A DNA stretch of 64,000 bases from a virus (IMGVR_UViG_2579778606_000002:27981-91980); one strand, 5' to 3'; counted from the first letter of the stretch, positions 30,282 through 40,489 are shown. Notes: generated from the letters alone by a model not told the origin. Translations and numbers: made by a program.

Positions 30282-30332
30282 AGATGCTCCGGACGGAGGG
30301 GGATAACCCCGCTCTTTTGAGCGGGATCGGTA

Positions 30333-30824
30333 TTACTCAACCCAGTTGTACACAATACGCAGGGTCGGTCTGACAACCGCCGTTACATCTTCTGATGAGA
30401 AATCAACGGCATCGGAATACACTTTGCAGTGTGAGTAAGTACGTGACAGACCTTTGCTGTCACCGCTGTTAGATTCAGCGGCAGCCTGGAAAGAGATATC
30501 CAGATATTTCTTCTGATAAACCATCTCTTTGACGGCAGCGAGTACAACACCTTCAATCGTCTCCGCACAGGTAACCTGAAATTCACCTGAGTTACGCAGC
30601 GGACCGTGTTGGTTGAACTTCATACCGCCTGGTGCGTAATCTTCTACGTCTTCACGCGTCATTTCCGGTAACTGCGCAGTGCGGATCAGCACTGACAGAT
30701 TTTCGTATCCCTTAATGGTCATCCAGTATTCAGTGCCAATTAATTTTTCGCCTGCTGCCAAGTTCTTGTTGAATCTGGCTTTCAGGAAGGCGAGATCGGC
30801 TTTTGTGTTTGAAAAACCGGCCAT
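30333..30824 (-). CDS. Putative tail tube protein
   Basis: 163-aa ORF downstream of sheath gene, tube-typical size; positional inference. Confidence 0.35.
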   Translation of the reverse strand: MAGFSNTKADLAFLKARFNKNLAAGEKLIGTEYWMTIKGYENLSVLIRTAQLPEMTREDVEDYAPGGMKFNQHGPLRNSGEFQVTCAETIEGVVLAAVKEMVYQKKYLDISFQAAAESNSGDSKGLSRTYSHCKVYSDAVDFSSEDVTAVVRPTLRIVYNWVE

Positions 30825-30832
30825 AATTACTC

Positions 30833-31450
30833 CTAAACAAAAACAGATGAGATATTGCTGCGGTTAATAGATGTGTTGCCACTGCATTGCAGAGTGACCG
30901 TGTTGTGGGTGAAATAGCCTTCCGATGTGCGCGGGGCGTCAAGCTGATAGCTGACGCTTTTGATCACAACGTTCGTTAACATCACGTTCCTGCCGATATT
31001 TATCGTTACGGCCTCCGGGACTCGACCAAAAGGCGTAATGTCGTTTAGTTCTGGCGATGCCATTTTCAGCAACGTCGTGATGGCGTCATTCACCTCAATT
31101 TTTGCGCTGGATGTAGCTAAAAAATCCAGGACAAGGGTAAATTCCGGCGGTTGTTGCCCTTCCCACACGAGGGTGGAGTTGAACCGGCTTTTACTCGTGT
31201 ACCCTGATAATGTCTGCACGATGCCTGCAAGAGATGATGCAGCCTCGCTAATAGCGCCTAACATGCTGCCCATCGCTTTATCTTCAAATGGCGACTGCCA
31301 CAGAGACGATAGTTCGGCAGAGGAACCTTCGCCGATATATCCGACTACCATATCCTCACTTGACTTGATGTAGGCTTTCATTAGCGGGCTTATGCCGTCT
31401 GCCATGATCGCGCCGCAAATCACTGCTATTTCTCCCAAACAGGCCACCAT
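30833..31450 (-). CDS. Hypothetical structural protein
   Basis: 205-aa ORF in tail gene block. Confidence 0.4.
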   Translation of the reverse strand: MVACLGEIAVICGAIMADGISPLMKAYIKSSEDMVVGYIGEGSSAELSSLWQSPFEDKAMGSMLGAISEAASSLAGIVQTLSGYTSKSRFNSTLVWEGQQPPEFTLVLDFLATSSAKIEVNDAITTLLKMASPELNDITPFGRVPEAVTINIGRNVMLTNVVIKSVSYQLDAPRTSEGYFTHNTVTLQCSGNTSINRSNISSVFV

Positions 31451-31468
31451 TACAGGTGGCTTACATCA

Positions 31469-32215
31469 TTACAGACCGCGTTTTTTGCGAATGCGGATAG
31501 ACTTACGGCGGCGAGTGTTAGCTATCGACGTATGTGCCTTACGGCGAGCTTTTTTCAGCGCCTGCTTTTGTAAGGACGTCATGCGACGCGGGCGCGGGCG
31601 TTTGCGGATGATAGTAACCTTGCCATCACGAACGACTTTTTTGCTGACAGCTTCGAGCATTGCTGCATTGCCACCAGCAACGGTGTAAATCGCAATGGCT
31701 TCTTCCATCATTTCACTATCGCTTTCTGACAGTGCGTCAAATACGCGTTCTGCTGCCGCGTCATCTTCGTCATCGATCATCTCGGTGACGTCGTCCTGAT
31801 CAGCGCCCAGGGCCACAGCCGCGTTAGCCAACGCCGCGAGTGCGTCGTTATATGCGTCAACCTGTTCGTCGGTCAGTTCCGTGTCTTCGTCAATGTCGGC
31901 CAGGCCAGCCATTGTGATTGCCAGCGCATCAAATGAATCCGCTTCAGGGTCGCCATCTTCTACCCAGCTCGCCAGCATTGAAGCTGCCAGACTGCGGATG
32001 TCACTTTGTGCACGGGATTCCACCGCTTCCATCATTGCGGCTTCGATATCCGCGCCATCTGTTCCATTCTTGGCACTTTCCAGGATGGCGTTATCGCCAC
32101 TTTCAAAACAACCAGAATCTTTGGCGCTTTCCAGTATGGCTGTATCTGCGTTATCGGCTGTTTTGCCTGCAAATAGCGCGCGCATGAATGGATCAACAAC
32201 AGAATAGTTTTTCAT
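31469..32215 (-). CDS. Highly acidic protein with basic C-terminal tail
   Basis: 248-aa ORF, Asp/Glu/Ala-rich body and RKRPRPRR..RRRKSIRIRKKR C-terminus. Confidence 0.4.
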   Translation of the reverse strand: MKNYSVVDPFMRALFAGKTADNADTAILESAKDSGCFESGDNAILESAKNGTDGADIEAAMMEAVESRAQSDIRSLAASMLASWVEDGDPEADSFDALAITMAGLADIDEDTELTDEQVDAYNDALAALANAAVALGADQDDVTEMIDDEDDAAAERVFDALSESDSEMMEEAIAIYTVAGGNAAMLEAVSKKVVRDGKVTIIRKRPRPRRMTSLQKQALKKARRKAHTSIANTRRRKSIRIRKKRGL

Positions 32216-32258
32216 TAGGAAACCTCATTCATCCCCGCGTTTCAGCGGGGAAGATAAA

Positions 32259-33914
32259 TCAACGCATCAGGATTGGTTTGCCGAGGATTCGACGGGCAGT
32301 GCCTGTTGGGCACACGGACCATTCCACTTCCCACAAGTCGATGTCTTTTTGAGTTACCTTGACCACATAAGGGTCAGAACCTTGAGATTCATCGCGTGGT
32401 GTAACCAGCGCACCAGCCGCATAAAAACGGTCCAGAAGATCTGTCAGTGCGTTAGTCAGACTTTCCTGCGTAACGCCATCAGGTTCATGCTTGATTGCCT
32501 GAGCAACTTCATAGAAATTGCGGGCAATTGCATTCATCAGTGATGAAACGTGCTGGAATCGCAGATAGTTATTTTTGCTGTATGTCGTCAGGGAGTCGTC
32601 GATGTAGACAGAACCATCCGCTGCAACGCTTACAGGGTTAATACGAGCGGTCACATACGCTTCACGATCGATTGTGCCAATTCCGGAGAGTCTGGTGATG
32701 TTCTGGCGATCAATGATTGCCCGAGACAGACCAGCCGGGGCGTAATGCCAGCCGCCTACATCAGACACAAGCGCAACGCCTTTCGCTTTTGCCACGAACG
32801 CATCACAACTGATTCCGTAAACCACATTCATACCGCTGAAAGTGTCACGGCATGAGTACGGGAAGTGATAACGTGCAGCCTGGTGGGATTTGCCGAAACC
32901 ATGTGATTTAGCTTCTGCGATAGCGTTTTCACCAGTCTGAGCACATTTCAGGTCGTAGAACATATCCACGCGAACGTCTTCTGCCAGCGTATTGATTTTT
33001 GCCAGCACGGATGCGTCGTAGCAGCCCAGAGAAAGCAGCGCGGTATAATTAACTTCTGACGCTTCGAGAACCTCTAACGCTTTCAGATAATCATCAGCGT
33101 CAATTGAGGACAGATCGCCATCTGTACCGCCTTCAAACGCTACATCTTCGAAAGTCAGCAAGTGAGCGGAGTCTTCGGCACCATCAGCCAGTACAGCTCC
33201 AAGCCTGGAGGACTGACTTTCTAACAACGCAGGAATCCATGCTGGCTGGCCCATATCGTTCGTTGCATCCGGATCGAAAGAAACCTGGTAGCTTTCCAAA
33301 GTTTCTACAGAACCATCGGTCTGTGTCTCTTTCAGTTCCAGAGTGAACAGGTCATTTTCTTCGTCCTCACGGGTCAGTGATAACGTGCGGTTTGTCGAAG
33401 CATCACCGTCCTTTATGTAGAAAATAGCCAGTTCACTGCCGGAAATTTCAGGTGTTTCGCTTGCAGCGAAAGTTACCGGAGAAGTGGCTCCAGAAACGGC
33501 ACGAACGGTCAGTGTATCGCCGATATTTACCGTTGCTTCGGTCGGAGCAATTTGCAGAGTTTTTGCTGACTTGGTGCTTTTCGACCTGGCCTGAACAGAA
33601 ACGGCAATGCCCGGTACTTTCATGTCTTTTGCGCATACGCGAACCACATAACCGGTGCCGCCTTTTACTGCGCGTTCAACGTGGCGATATGGTTCAAATG
33701 CGGCCCCGGTGCGCGGGTGAAGAGGTGAACCTAACACGCTCTGATAGTTGGCTGCTGTAACCTGCAAAACCTTGCCTGGTGCTCCTCTGCGGGAAATCAC
33801 CAGCCCGGCAAAGACGGAAGCACCGCCAGATGTGTTGGACAGAATAGCATCGGCGTTTACGTCCGCTACCGCAACGCCCGCCGCCTGACCAACAGAAAAA
33901 CCAATTTTATTCAT
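32259..33914 (-). CDS. Tail sheath protein
   Basis: 551-aa ORF; size and C-terminal segments (RFYAAGALVTPRDESQGSDPYVVKV) consistent with contractile sheath proteins. Confidence 0.55.
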   Translation of the reverse strand: MNKIGFSVGQAAGVAVADVNADAILSNTSGGASVFAGLVISRRGAPGKVLQVTAANYQSVLGSPLHPRTGAAFEPYRHVERAVKGGTGYVVRVCAKDMKVPGIAVSVQARSKSTKSAKTLQIAPTEATVNIGDTLTVRAVSGATSPVTFAASETPEISGSELAIFYIKDGDASTNRTLSLTREDEENDLFTLELKETQTDGSVETLESYQVSFDPDATNDMGQPAWIPALLESQSSRLGAVLADGAEDSAHLLTFEDVAFEGGTDGDLSSIDADDYLKALEVLEASEVNYTALLSLGCYDASVLAKINTLAEDVRVDMFYDLKCAQTGENAIAEAKSHGFGKSHQAARYHFPYSCRDTFSGMNVVYGISCDAFVAKAKGVALVSDVGGWHYAPAGLSRAIIDRQNITRLSGIGTIDREAYVTARINPVSVAADGSVYIDDSLTTYSKNNYLRFQHVSSLMNAIARNFYEVAQAIKHEPDGVTQESLTNALTDLLDRFYAAGALVTPRDESQGSDPYVVKVTQKDIDLWEVEWSVCPTGTARRILGKPILMR

Positions 33915-33979
33915 GCTGCTCTTTTCCTCTTTATCGAGCGGATGAGAGAAGTCTCCCCATTAGCATGGGGAGACTTTTA

Positions 33980-34270
33980 TCAGGCTTCGCCGACCGTGAA
34001 TCTGTCACCTACCGTCACTTCTTTGGTTGACGGTTCAACGCTGACGGCGCTTACCTTCTTTGTGGCTTCATTAACCGTTACGGTGCATGTTGCCGTTTTA
34101 TTGCCATCGGTGGTCTTGATAGTGAGCACAGCCTGACCTGCTTTAAGTGCGGTACAGGTTTTGCCATCTACGCTCACAATGTCCGGATGATCTGACTCGA
34201 TAGTGAAAGATTTATCTGTCGCATCGGAAGGTGTAATAGTTACCTGAATATCAGCCATTTTTTCCTCCAT
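33980..34270 (-). CDS. Ig-like (Big_2-like) domain protein
   Basis: 96-aa ORF with alternating beta pattern and Thr/Val-rich strands (TATCTVTVNEATKKVSAVSVEPSTKEVTVGD). Confidence 0.45.
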   Translation of the reverse strand: MEEKMADIQVTITPSDATDKSFTIESDHPDIVSVDGKTCTALKAGQAVLTIKTTDGNKTATCTVTVNEATKKVSAVSVEPSTKEVTVGDRFTVGEA

Positions 34271-34399
34271 ATAGCCCCCTATTCAGGGGCTGGTCTTACT
34301 TCTTTTTGGGTGTTTTTCGTGTCTTTGAAGTGCTTGCGGCGATAGTTTCACCTTCGTTTACTTCAATTGCCGTTGGTGAAACTGACACGTTCGCCACTG

Positions 34400-36097
34400 C
34401 TACTTTTTTTCGTTGATTTGCCCGCTCAACATGTCAATCGCACCTTCTTTCGAACGTGTCAGGCGAAGGCGAGTGAAATAGTTCTCACCGTTGCGCGGAT
34501 GCACATCGTTGATTGCTGTACCCCAAAGAGTGGTGCGGTTTACCAGGGCTGGATTTGTTTCGTGGACATACGGAATAGCAGGCACAGCATCACCAGCGAC
34601 CAGGCCAGCTTTACCAATGCCTTCGCCACGACCATAGAAGTAGATGTCGTCCAGGCCAAAGTCGTAGCCATGTTCCTGGAATTGTTTGCAGATAGGCTTC
34701 GGCACTTCGTAGATACGAATGGAACCAAACAGGGTGCCGATGTATTGAATGTACGGCGACTGTACATAGCCCGGTGCCAACTGGAAGTGCTGCGGCGGTA
34801 AGGAACGCAGGAAGTTAGCAGCATCGCCACCAGCAAAGCCACCACGGATACCGGTAGTCAGGGTGCGGTCAGCCATGTCCTGTGACAGCGCGTTCACTAC
34901 ATGGCGAATTAAACCAACCCACGATTCGTAGTTCTGCGCTTCTGGCAGTGCCACATCAAATTTACGACCGTAAACTGTGTGGAATACCAGAGTGCGCAGG
35001 CGCATCATATCGATTTCGTGGGAAATCCAGTTGCGCATTGCGGAGAATTGCAATGCTGCCAGTTCGAGTCCGTGTTCACGGCTCAGGTCAGATGCTGTCA
35101 TAACCGTATGTTCGGATGCGATCACGTACTGCGACGGGCGCAGGGCGTAATTGCGCATGGACTGGTTAATGACTGGTATCAGGCTCGGATTGCGTTCAAT
35201 GTTGATTTCAACCTGAACAGCGATTTCTGTGCCTTCTGCTGGTGCTTCATTAAAGGTGATATCGATAACGCCGGTATCGTATTTAACTTTTGCTGTAGCA
35301 GAGAAAGAGTTGCCGTTGACGTCTTTGTCGTTGAAATACAGGTTGCCGTCACCATCATCTACTTTGGACGGTTTGCGGTTAATCAGCAGTTTGTTGTAGC
35401 CCTGGCGCAGCGGGCAGGCCTGGCCTTCGAAGTTCTGGATATCAAACTGGAAGGTGGTTTTGCTGCCATCGCCTTTTTCGGTCAGGATGTACAGGCGTTT
35501 CATCTGCGAATACACGCCAGCAGACTGCATGTTCAGTTCATCGCCCTGCTCGAATGTACCGAATTTTGTACCAGCAACGTTGGTCAGCTCGTAAATATTG
35601 GTTTCATCACGATCACAAGGGATAAACGTACATGCGTCGCTGGTGGCTGCGCCGAGAGAAGCAGGCAGGATCAGTGCGGCATATTGTGCAACCTTCATTA
35701 CACCATCGGAGGTGCGCATGTCCTTGGCTACTGATTCAAACATGGCTTTGCCAGCGCCTTCATGCGTCTCTTTAGCGGACTCCATCATCAGGCGCTCAAG
35801 TGCTACATGGGCGTTGGCTAATACATCGCTTGCCGGATAATGCCCATGCTGGCGTTTGTATTCATGAATAGACATGGCCCAGCTACCAATAATCTGGCGA
35901 GCTGCTTCTGGTCCAACGCCTTCAAACATTGGCTCTTTCTGGATAGCTTTTTCCAGGTTAGCCATCATCACTTCGTTGTCGGTAATCATGTTACCGGCAG
36001 CATCAGTGGTTGGATCGACGGTCATAGCCATGACGCTTGCCGCCCGATTCATAATCTCGCGCTCGCGCTTACGAGCTGGCTCAATGTTCTTGTTCAC
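34400..36097 (-). CDS. Putative major capsid protein (position of P1 gene 23)
   Basis: 565-aa ORF (GTG start in track) heading the head/sheath block; assignment positional. Confidence 0.4.
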   Translation of the reverse strand: MNKNIEPARKREREIMNRAASVMAMTVDPTTDAAGNMITDNEVMMANLEKAIQKEPMFEGVGPEAARQIIGSWAMSIHEYKRQHGHYPASDVLANAHVALERLMMESAKETHEGAGKAMFESVAKDMRTSDGVMKVAQYAALILPASLGAATSDACTFIPCDRDETNIYELTNVAGTKFGTFEQGDELNMQSAGVYSQMKRLYILTEKGDGSKTTFQFDIQNFEGQACPLRQGYNKLLINRKPSKVDDGDGNLYFNDKDVNGNSFSATAKVKYDTGVIDITFNEAPAEGTEIAVQVEINIERNPSLIPVINQSMRNYALRPSQYVIASEHTVMTASDLSREHGLELAALQFSAMRNWISHEIDMMRLRTLVFHTVYGRKFDVALPEAQNYESWVGLIRHVVNALSQDMADRTLTTGIRGGFAGGDAANFLRSLPPQHFQLAPGYVQSPYIQYIGTLFGSIRIYEVPKPICKQFQEHGYDFGLDDIYFYGRGEGIGKAGLVAGDAVPAIPYVHETNPALVNRTTLWGTAINDVHPRNGENYFTRLRLTRSKEGAIDMLSGQINEKK

Positions 36098-36176
36098 GGT
36101 TAAACCCTAAATTCGGGCGCGGCGTGAAGATTCTTTTGACGAGGTGACAATACTCACTTTGTTATTTAGTCAATAG

Positions 36177-36255
36177 CATTAGAAAAATAATTTTCGTTAA
36201 CAATCTTGTGTTAGTATGGTCTAATCTTAATTTTCTAACACAAAACATTAGAACA
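36177..36255. promoter_or_regulatory. Cluster of operator-like half-sites and a 34-bp palindrome (GTGTTAGTAT..TTTTCTAACAC)
   Basis: Several TTAGAAAA/TTTTCTAACA motifs in the divergent region between capsid gene and ORF 36257. Confidence 0.45.
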
Positions 36256-36256
36256 A

Positions 36257-36649
36257 ATGGCGTACAAGATCTTCGTTTCATACAAAAATGGTGCTAAAAG
36301 CCATTCTCTGAATACAAGCAGCAGATGCCTTGTAGAAGCTCAACTGTCATCAATCCTTACTGAAAGAGACATTCTTTCCCTGGCTGAACGAATCGTGATT
36401 CTCCATTCAGGAAAGGCTATTCTTAATGTTCCCGCGCTTACCCCGCCTTCTGACGTTTTGGCATCTGTTAAGTGGCCTCAAATTGGCACGCCTGTAAGAG
36501 TGGAAGATCCTGTAACGACCACTCTTTATATGCCGAAGTCAGTAAGGGATTGGCTTGCTGCGGTTGGTAATGGGAAGGTCAGCGCGGGGCTTCGGAAGCT
36601 GGTTGAAATGGCTGATATTCCGGAGCTGAAAAATGCATGGAGACAGTGA
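36257..36649 (+). CDS. Hypothetical protein, possible small regulator
   Basis: 130-aa ORF with ATG directly downstream of operator cluster. Confidence 0.45.
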   Translation: MAYKIFVSYKNGAKSHSLNTSSRCLVEAQLSSILTERDILSLAERIVILHSGKAILNVPALTPPSDVLASVKWPQIGTPVRVEDPVTTTLYMPKSVRDWLAAVGNGKVSAGLRKLVEMADIPELKNAWRQ

Positions 36650-37119
36650 GTAGAGGAAACATGAGTCACGCGAACCCATCGAAAACACAATATCGTTTAA
36701 TGCTGGCTATCGCGTCAGCTATACCAACCAGCCTGAATCCACCCGCTGGCTATCCCGCTATTGTTGATGATTGTTTTCAGTATTACGGTGAAGACATCCT
36801 GAGTCAGTCCAAGGCACTCAAACAGTTATGCAAGGCAGGCATTCTTCACTGCATAGGCGATCCGGATGATTTTGTAGTCATGCTGGCAGATCGTGACTCT
36901 TTTCTGCTGTCCTGGAAAGCCGGGGCGCGCGAAGCGCGTTTGGGTAATGGTATTGGCTACATCGACTATAGCGATTGTCCGCTGGCATTTGCTGGTGGAT
37001 ATATGCATTGGCATGAGCGAAATAGAGGCCGTCAGCGCCAGTATCGCTTGAGTGACTTTAACGTCTGTCACGGTTTCGAAGAAGCTGACAGCCAGGACAT
37101 CTGGCTTCAGGAGCCTTAA
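36637..37119 (+). CDS. Hypothetical protein
   Basis: 160-aa ORF overlapping the previous gene by 13 nt. Confidence 0.4.
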   Translation: METVSRGNMSHANPSKTQYRLMLAIASAIPTSLNPPAGYPAIVDDCFQYYGEDILSQSKALKQLCKAGILHCIGDPDDFVVMLADRDSFLLSWKAGAREARLGNGIGYIDYSDCPLAFAGGYMHWHERNRGRQRQYRLSDFNVCHGFEEADSQDIWLQEP

Positions 37120-37405
37120 CCCCCTTCCCTTCCCAAATCTCCCTATTCCTTTGGTTATTCAGTGCGTTTCGTTGGTTGCATTCATCGATAGTGCTGAATA
37201 ACTGTTCAGTGTATGCCGGATACTTGTTTAACAGCACAGGCGTGTCCTCTGGCACTATGCAAGGGGTATAATCAATCAGATTTCCCTGCGGTTTGCTGGT
37301 GGCTTCTACGGTAATTTGCATTGGCACGCTGATTGATTTCTTTTGCCCGTTCCCGCTGCATCCTGATAACGTCATCAGGCACACGCACATCATTAACCCC
37401 GGCAT
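37058..37405 (-). CDS. o-spanin (Rz1-like outer-membrane lipoprotein)
   Basis: MPGLMMCVCLMTLSGC signal peptide plus lipobox; gene starts inside i-spanin gene in another frame and runs past its stop. Confidence 0.6.
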   Translation of the reverse strand: MPGLMMCVCLMTLSGCSGNGQKKSISVPMQITVEATSKPQGNLIDYTPCIVPEDTPVLLNKYPAYTEQLFSTIDECNQRNALNNQRNREIWEGKGVKAPEARCPGCQLLRNRDRR

Positions 37406-37730
37406 TGCGTAACGCAGTTTCAAGACGATTGATTTCATTCTGGCTTTCCTCCCGTTGTTTGATCAGGCTGGTATTCAGTTCTGCTGTTTTGCGCTGGTAC
37501 TCCTTCTCCAGTGTTTTAATTCTTTCGTTTTCAGCCATCATGGCAGATCGCGATTTTTCACTTAACTGCAATGCGGTAGAAAGCGTGTTGTTCTCTCTTT
37601 CAAGTTGTGATTTTGAGTCTTCCAGGGAACGGATATACCTGATGTGATCGATAACTGCCGCCGTAGTACGGTAAATTCCATAAATGGCTAAAAGCGCAAC
37701 TACTATCAAAATTATCTTTTTCAAAACCAT
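37272..37730 (-). CDS. i-spanin (Rz-like: N-terminal TM plus periplasmic coiled coil)
   Basis: ATG at 37730 with GAAGAGG RBS; MVLKKIILIVVALLAIYGIY TM helix then coiled coil; overlapped by lipoprotein gene. Confidence 0.6.
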   Translation of the reverse strand: MVLKKIILIVVALLAIYGIYRTTAAVIDHIRYIRSLEDSKSQLERENNTLSTALQLSEKSRSAMMAENERIKTLEKEYQRKTAELNTSLIKQREESQNEINRLETALRNAGVNDVRVPDDVIRMQRERAKEINQRANANYRRSHQQTAGKSD

Positions 37731-37800
37731 CCTCTTCAGATTTTTTGTTGGTGTGATATGTGTACCAATTTGCAACCATTTATGGGCTTAAATGGTGTGG

Positions 37801-38595
37801 TTATGGTTCCTTTTTAGTGTTGCTTTGGAGCGCATCGATCACACCTTGTGGCATGATCAAACTGATTGCCGGACTCATTACTTCATCGCCCAGTAGAGAA
37901 CCGGTTAACGTAATAGCTACAGCATTCTCCAGTCCCTGTTTGGCTTTTCCGGTAGAGTCCTTAAATTGCTGTACAAGTGTTGAGAGACTACTGCTCGTGT
38001 TGTTTATTGCATTTATTTGTTCTGTTGCTGCTTCCACAGCGTCTTTTAGTGCTTTGATCTCTTCTTCTGTTAGTGCTGGTTGCTGTGTTGTTCCGGTGGA
38101 ACTTCCGTTGCCTGAAGCCTCCCCGCTTGACGCCTGAACTTTTGCATTTATAGCGGTCATGGCTGAAGTGATTGGCACCAGTTCAAATGCTGCCAACGCG
38201 TCAATAAGCGATTGCGGATGCAGGGTATCTCCCATAACTGTTACGAGAGCAAATTCTGGCGCAGGAGATAACTCATTACCTTTGACGTAACATTCCCAGC
38301 CAATTTTCATCTGAAGTAATTCAGTTGGCGAAGTATACGGAGACAGCGAGTCGGCTAAATTGGTTGCTTCTGCACTGACAGTTTTCAGTTGTTCTGAAAA
38401 GACAGAAAGCTGATTGACCCATGAAACCACCGACGCCGGGTATGCTTTATCCTTCAGGATAAGAGCCTGGATATTCTCTTCCAGAGAACTGGCATTGGAT
38501 GACGCTGTTTTACTTAGCGTGATAGATGCAGGCGTAGTTGTGCCTGATGCATTTAGAATTTTGAATGCATTAACTTCAGCGATTGAATCAAGCAT
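37801..38595 (-). CDS. Hypothetical protein downstream of PAAR-like gene
   Basis: 264-aa ORF, 1-nt overlap with upstream PAAR-like ORF. Confidence 0.4.
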   Translation of the reverse strand: MLDSIAEVNAFKILNASGTTTPASITLSKTASSNASSLEENIQALILKDKAYPASVVSWVNQLSVFSEQLKTVSAEATNLADSLSPYTSPTELLQMKIGWECYVKGNELSPAPEFALVTVMGDTLHPQSLIDALAAFELVPITSAMTAINAKVQASSGEASGNGSSTGTTQQPALTEEEIKALKDAVEAATEQINAINNTSSSLSTLVQQFKDSTGKAKQGLENAVAITLTGSLLGDEVMSPAISLIMPQGVIDALQSNTKKEP

Positions 38596-38879
38596 TATGA
38601 CACCTGAAAAATTGCCTCACCATTGGCGATGACTGAGCCACAAGAAAGGGGATCTCCCACACAAACAACTCCTTTCCCGCCTATTGCAAACCATGAGCGC
38701 GTCGATACGGCTGATCCGGGGTGCGCGCTATTTCCGTCTGTATGGCTGGGGAACGCTCCCCCATCTACAACCACTGGCTTTCCATTTACGGTAAACCAAG
38801 AAACTGTTTCTGCTACAGGTCGCGGAGGGAATCCTCCATGACCAGAACAAACTGTGTCACTGGTCGCTATTGCACTCAT
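38595..38879 (-). CDS. PAAR-like spike-tip protein
   Basis: 94-aa ORF with repeated Gly/Cys motifs (CSGHGG, VNGKPVVVDGG, GKGVVCVGDPLSCG) reminiscent of PAAR repeats. Confidence 0.4.
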   Translation of the reverse strand: MSAIATSDTVCSGHGGFPPRPVAETVSWFTVNGKPVVVDGGAFPSHTDGNSAHPGSAVSTRSWFAIGGKGVVCVGDPLSCGSVIANGEAIFQVS

Positions 38880-38939
38880 CTAACACCTCCTTTTTCTTAA
38901 ATCTTCTCCACTTTGTGATTTTCACTCTTCAGATCTCTT

Positions 38940-39120
38940 ACTTCTCACATTTGTCTCTGATTTGTCTCAAACAGGTGTCGTGGGTACATCATGTATCATC
39001 TAAGTCTCTTTTGTGTCTCTCTTACGTCTCTAGTTTGATGCTTTTTACGCTATCTAACTTCTGGTCTTATTTTGTTTTCTCATATAAAATTCAATTCTTT
39101 CTCAAATGTGTCTCAGAAGT
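38940..39120. repeat. parC-like centromere region with multiple (T)GTCTC iterons
   Basis: Six or more short GTCTC-containing repeats upstream of the ParM-like gene. Confidence 0.4.
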
Positions 39121-39131
39121 GGAGCAATATG

Positions 39132-40088
39132 ATGCGCATTTTTATCGACGATGGTTCTACCAATATCAAAATGCTGTGGGAACAAGACGGGGAAACTCGA
39201 ACCCATATCTGTCCGAACAGTTTTAAACGTGGATGGTCCGCCACATTTGGCGCAGGAAAGCCGTTTAACTACATCATTGATGGCGAAAAATATTCATATG
39301 ACTTGATCTCGCCGGATGTGCTGCCGACGAATAACGTTGAATGGCAATACAGCCCGCTTAATGTGCTTGCTGTTCATCATGCCCTGCTTACAAGTGGCAT
39401 TGAGCCTCAAGAAGTGGAAATAGTTGTCACGTTGCCACTGGCAGAGTTTTATGACGACGACGCACAATACAACATGAAAAATATTGAGCGGAAAAAGGCC
39501 AGCCTGATGCGACCAGTCACCCTTAACAAAGGTCAGGTTTTTACTATCAAAAAAGTGACTGTGCGCCCGGAGTCAATACCCGCAGGGATCGGTCTGTGCG
39601 ACAGCCTTGTGCCAGCGCATTCTGTGCTTATTGTTGATCTTGGTGGGACTACTCTGGATGTGTCGATGGTCGCCGGGCAAATGACCGCCGTTTCTCGCGT
39701 ATTTGGCGATTCTAATCTCGGCGTTTCGCTGGTAACTAAAGAGGTCAGACAGGCACTTGCAAAAGCGAATACCGAAACCTCTAATTATAATGTCGATCAA
39801 TTAATCATTAATCGTGATGATGAGGATTATTTGACCGACAATATTAACGATCCGTCTGCTATTGATGATGTTAAGAAAGCCATTTCGTCAAGCATAGAAC
39901 GACTCCGTACACGCGTACTGGATGTGATCAGTGATTTCAAAGGATACACGCATGTTATGGTCATTGGTGGCGGCGCGCCGCTTGTTGCTGATGCTATCCG
40001 TGAGCAGGTAAACATTCGTGACGATAGGTTTTTCGTTGCTGATGATCCACAACTTGCTCTTGTCTATGGCCTAAAATCTATCGGTTGA
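39132..40088 (+). CDS. parM: Actin-like segregation ATPase ParM/StbA
   Basis: N-terminus MRIFIDDGSTNIK and HVMVIGGGA match plasmid R1 ParM; GGAG RBS. Confidence 0.8.
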   Translation: MRIFIDDGSTNIKMLWEQDGETRTHICPNSFKRGWSATFGAGKPFNYIIDGEKYSYDLISPDVLPTNNVEWQYSPLNVLAVHHALLTSGIEPQEVEIVVTLPLAEFYDDDAQYNMKNIERKKASLMRPVTLNKGQVFTIKKVTVRPESIPAGIGLCDSLVPAHSVLIVDLGGTTLDVSMVAGQMTAVSRVFGDSNLGVSLVTKEVRQALAKANTETSNYNVDQLIINRDDEDYLTDNINDPSAIDDVKKAISSSIERLRTRVLDVISDFKGYTHVMVIGGGAPLVADAIREQVNIRDDRFFVADDPQLALVYGLKSIG

Positions 40089-40098
40089 TGAGGTTGCC

Positions 40099-40464
40099 AT
40101 GTCTCAGGAACGTCGAAAAGTATTGTTTTATCTTCGTCCTGGTCTTAACGCCAGTGAGCAATATGCTGATGCAAAACTTGAGGGCCATCCATTAAGAGAT
40201 CGCAATGATATGGCGCGCACAGCGATGCTTGCAGGTATCGCTCTTGGCGAGGTTGATAGCAGATTACCTCCCATGTTGGCATCGCTTTTATCCGGTGATA
40301 ATAGCCCTGAAGTGATCAGAAAAATGCTGGTTTCATTTCTTGAAATTTCGCCTGAAGTTCGGGAAAACCCTGAAGGAAACCCCTCAGCCTCAGCGGATGT
40401 TAAAAAACCTGGCGTTTCGAAAAGCCGCTCTGCACAGAATTTGGCAAACTCACTCCCTGATTAA
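40099..40464 (+). CDS. ParR-like centromere-binding adaptor
   Basis: 121-aa ORF directly after parM, as in the R1 parMRC cassette. Confidence 0.5.
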   Translation: MSQERRKVLFYLRPGLNASEQYADAKLEGHPLRDRNDMARTAMLAGIALGEVDSRLPPMLASLLSGDNSPEVIRKMLVSFLEISPEVRENPEGNPSASADVKKPGVSKSRSAQNLANSLPD

Positions 40465-40489
40465 CAAATCTACATCTTCAAAGGCTGCA

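Noticed and set aside
34400-36097. Possibility that this 565-aa protein is the terminase large subunit rather than the capsid protein
   Set aside because: No Walker A/B ATPase motif seen in the N-terminal half; the gene heads the sheath/tube block where P1 places its major head gene. Assignment stays low-confidence.
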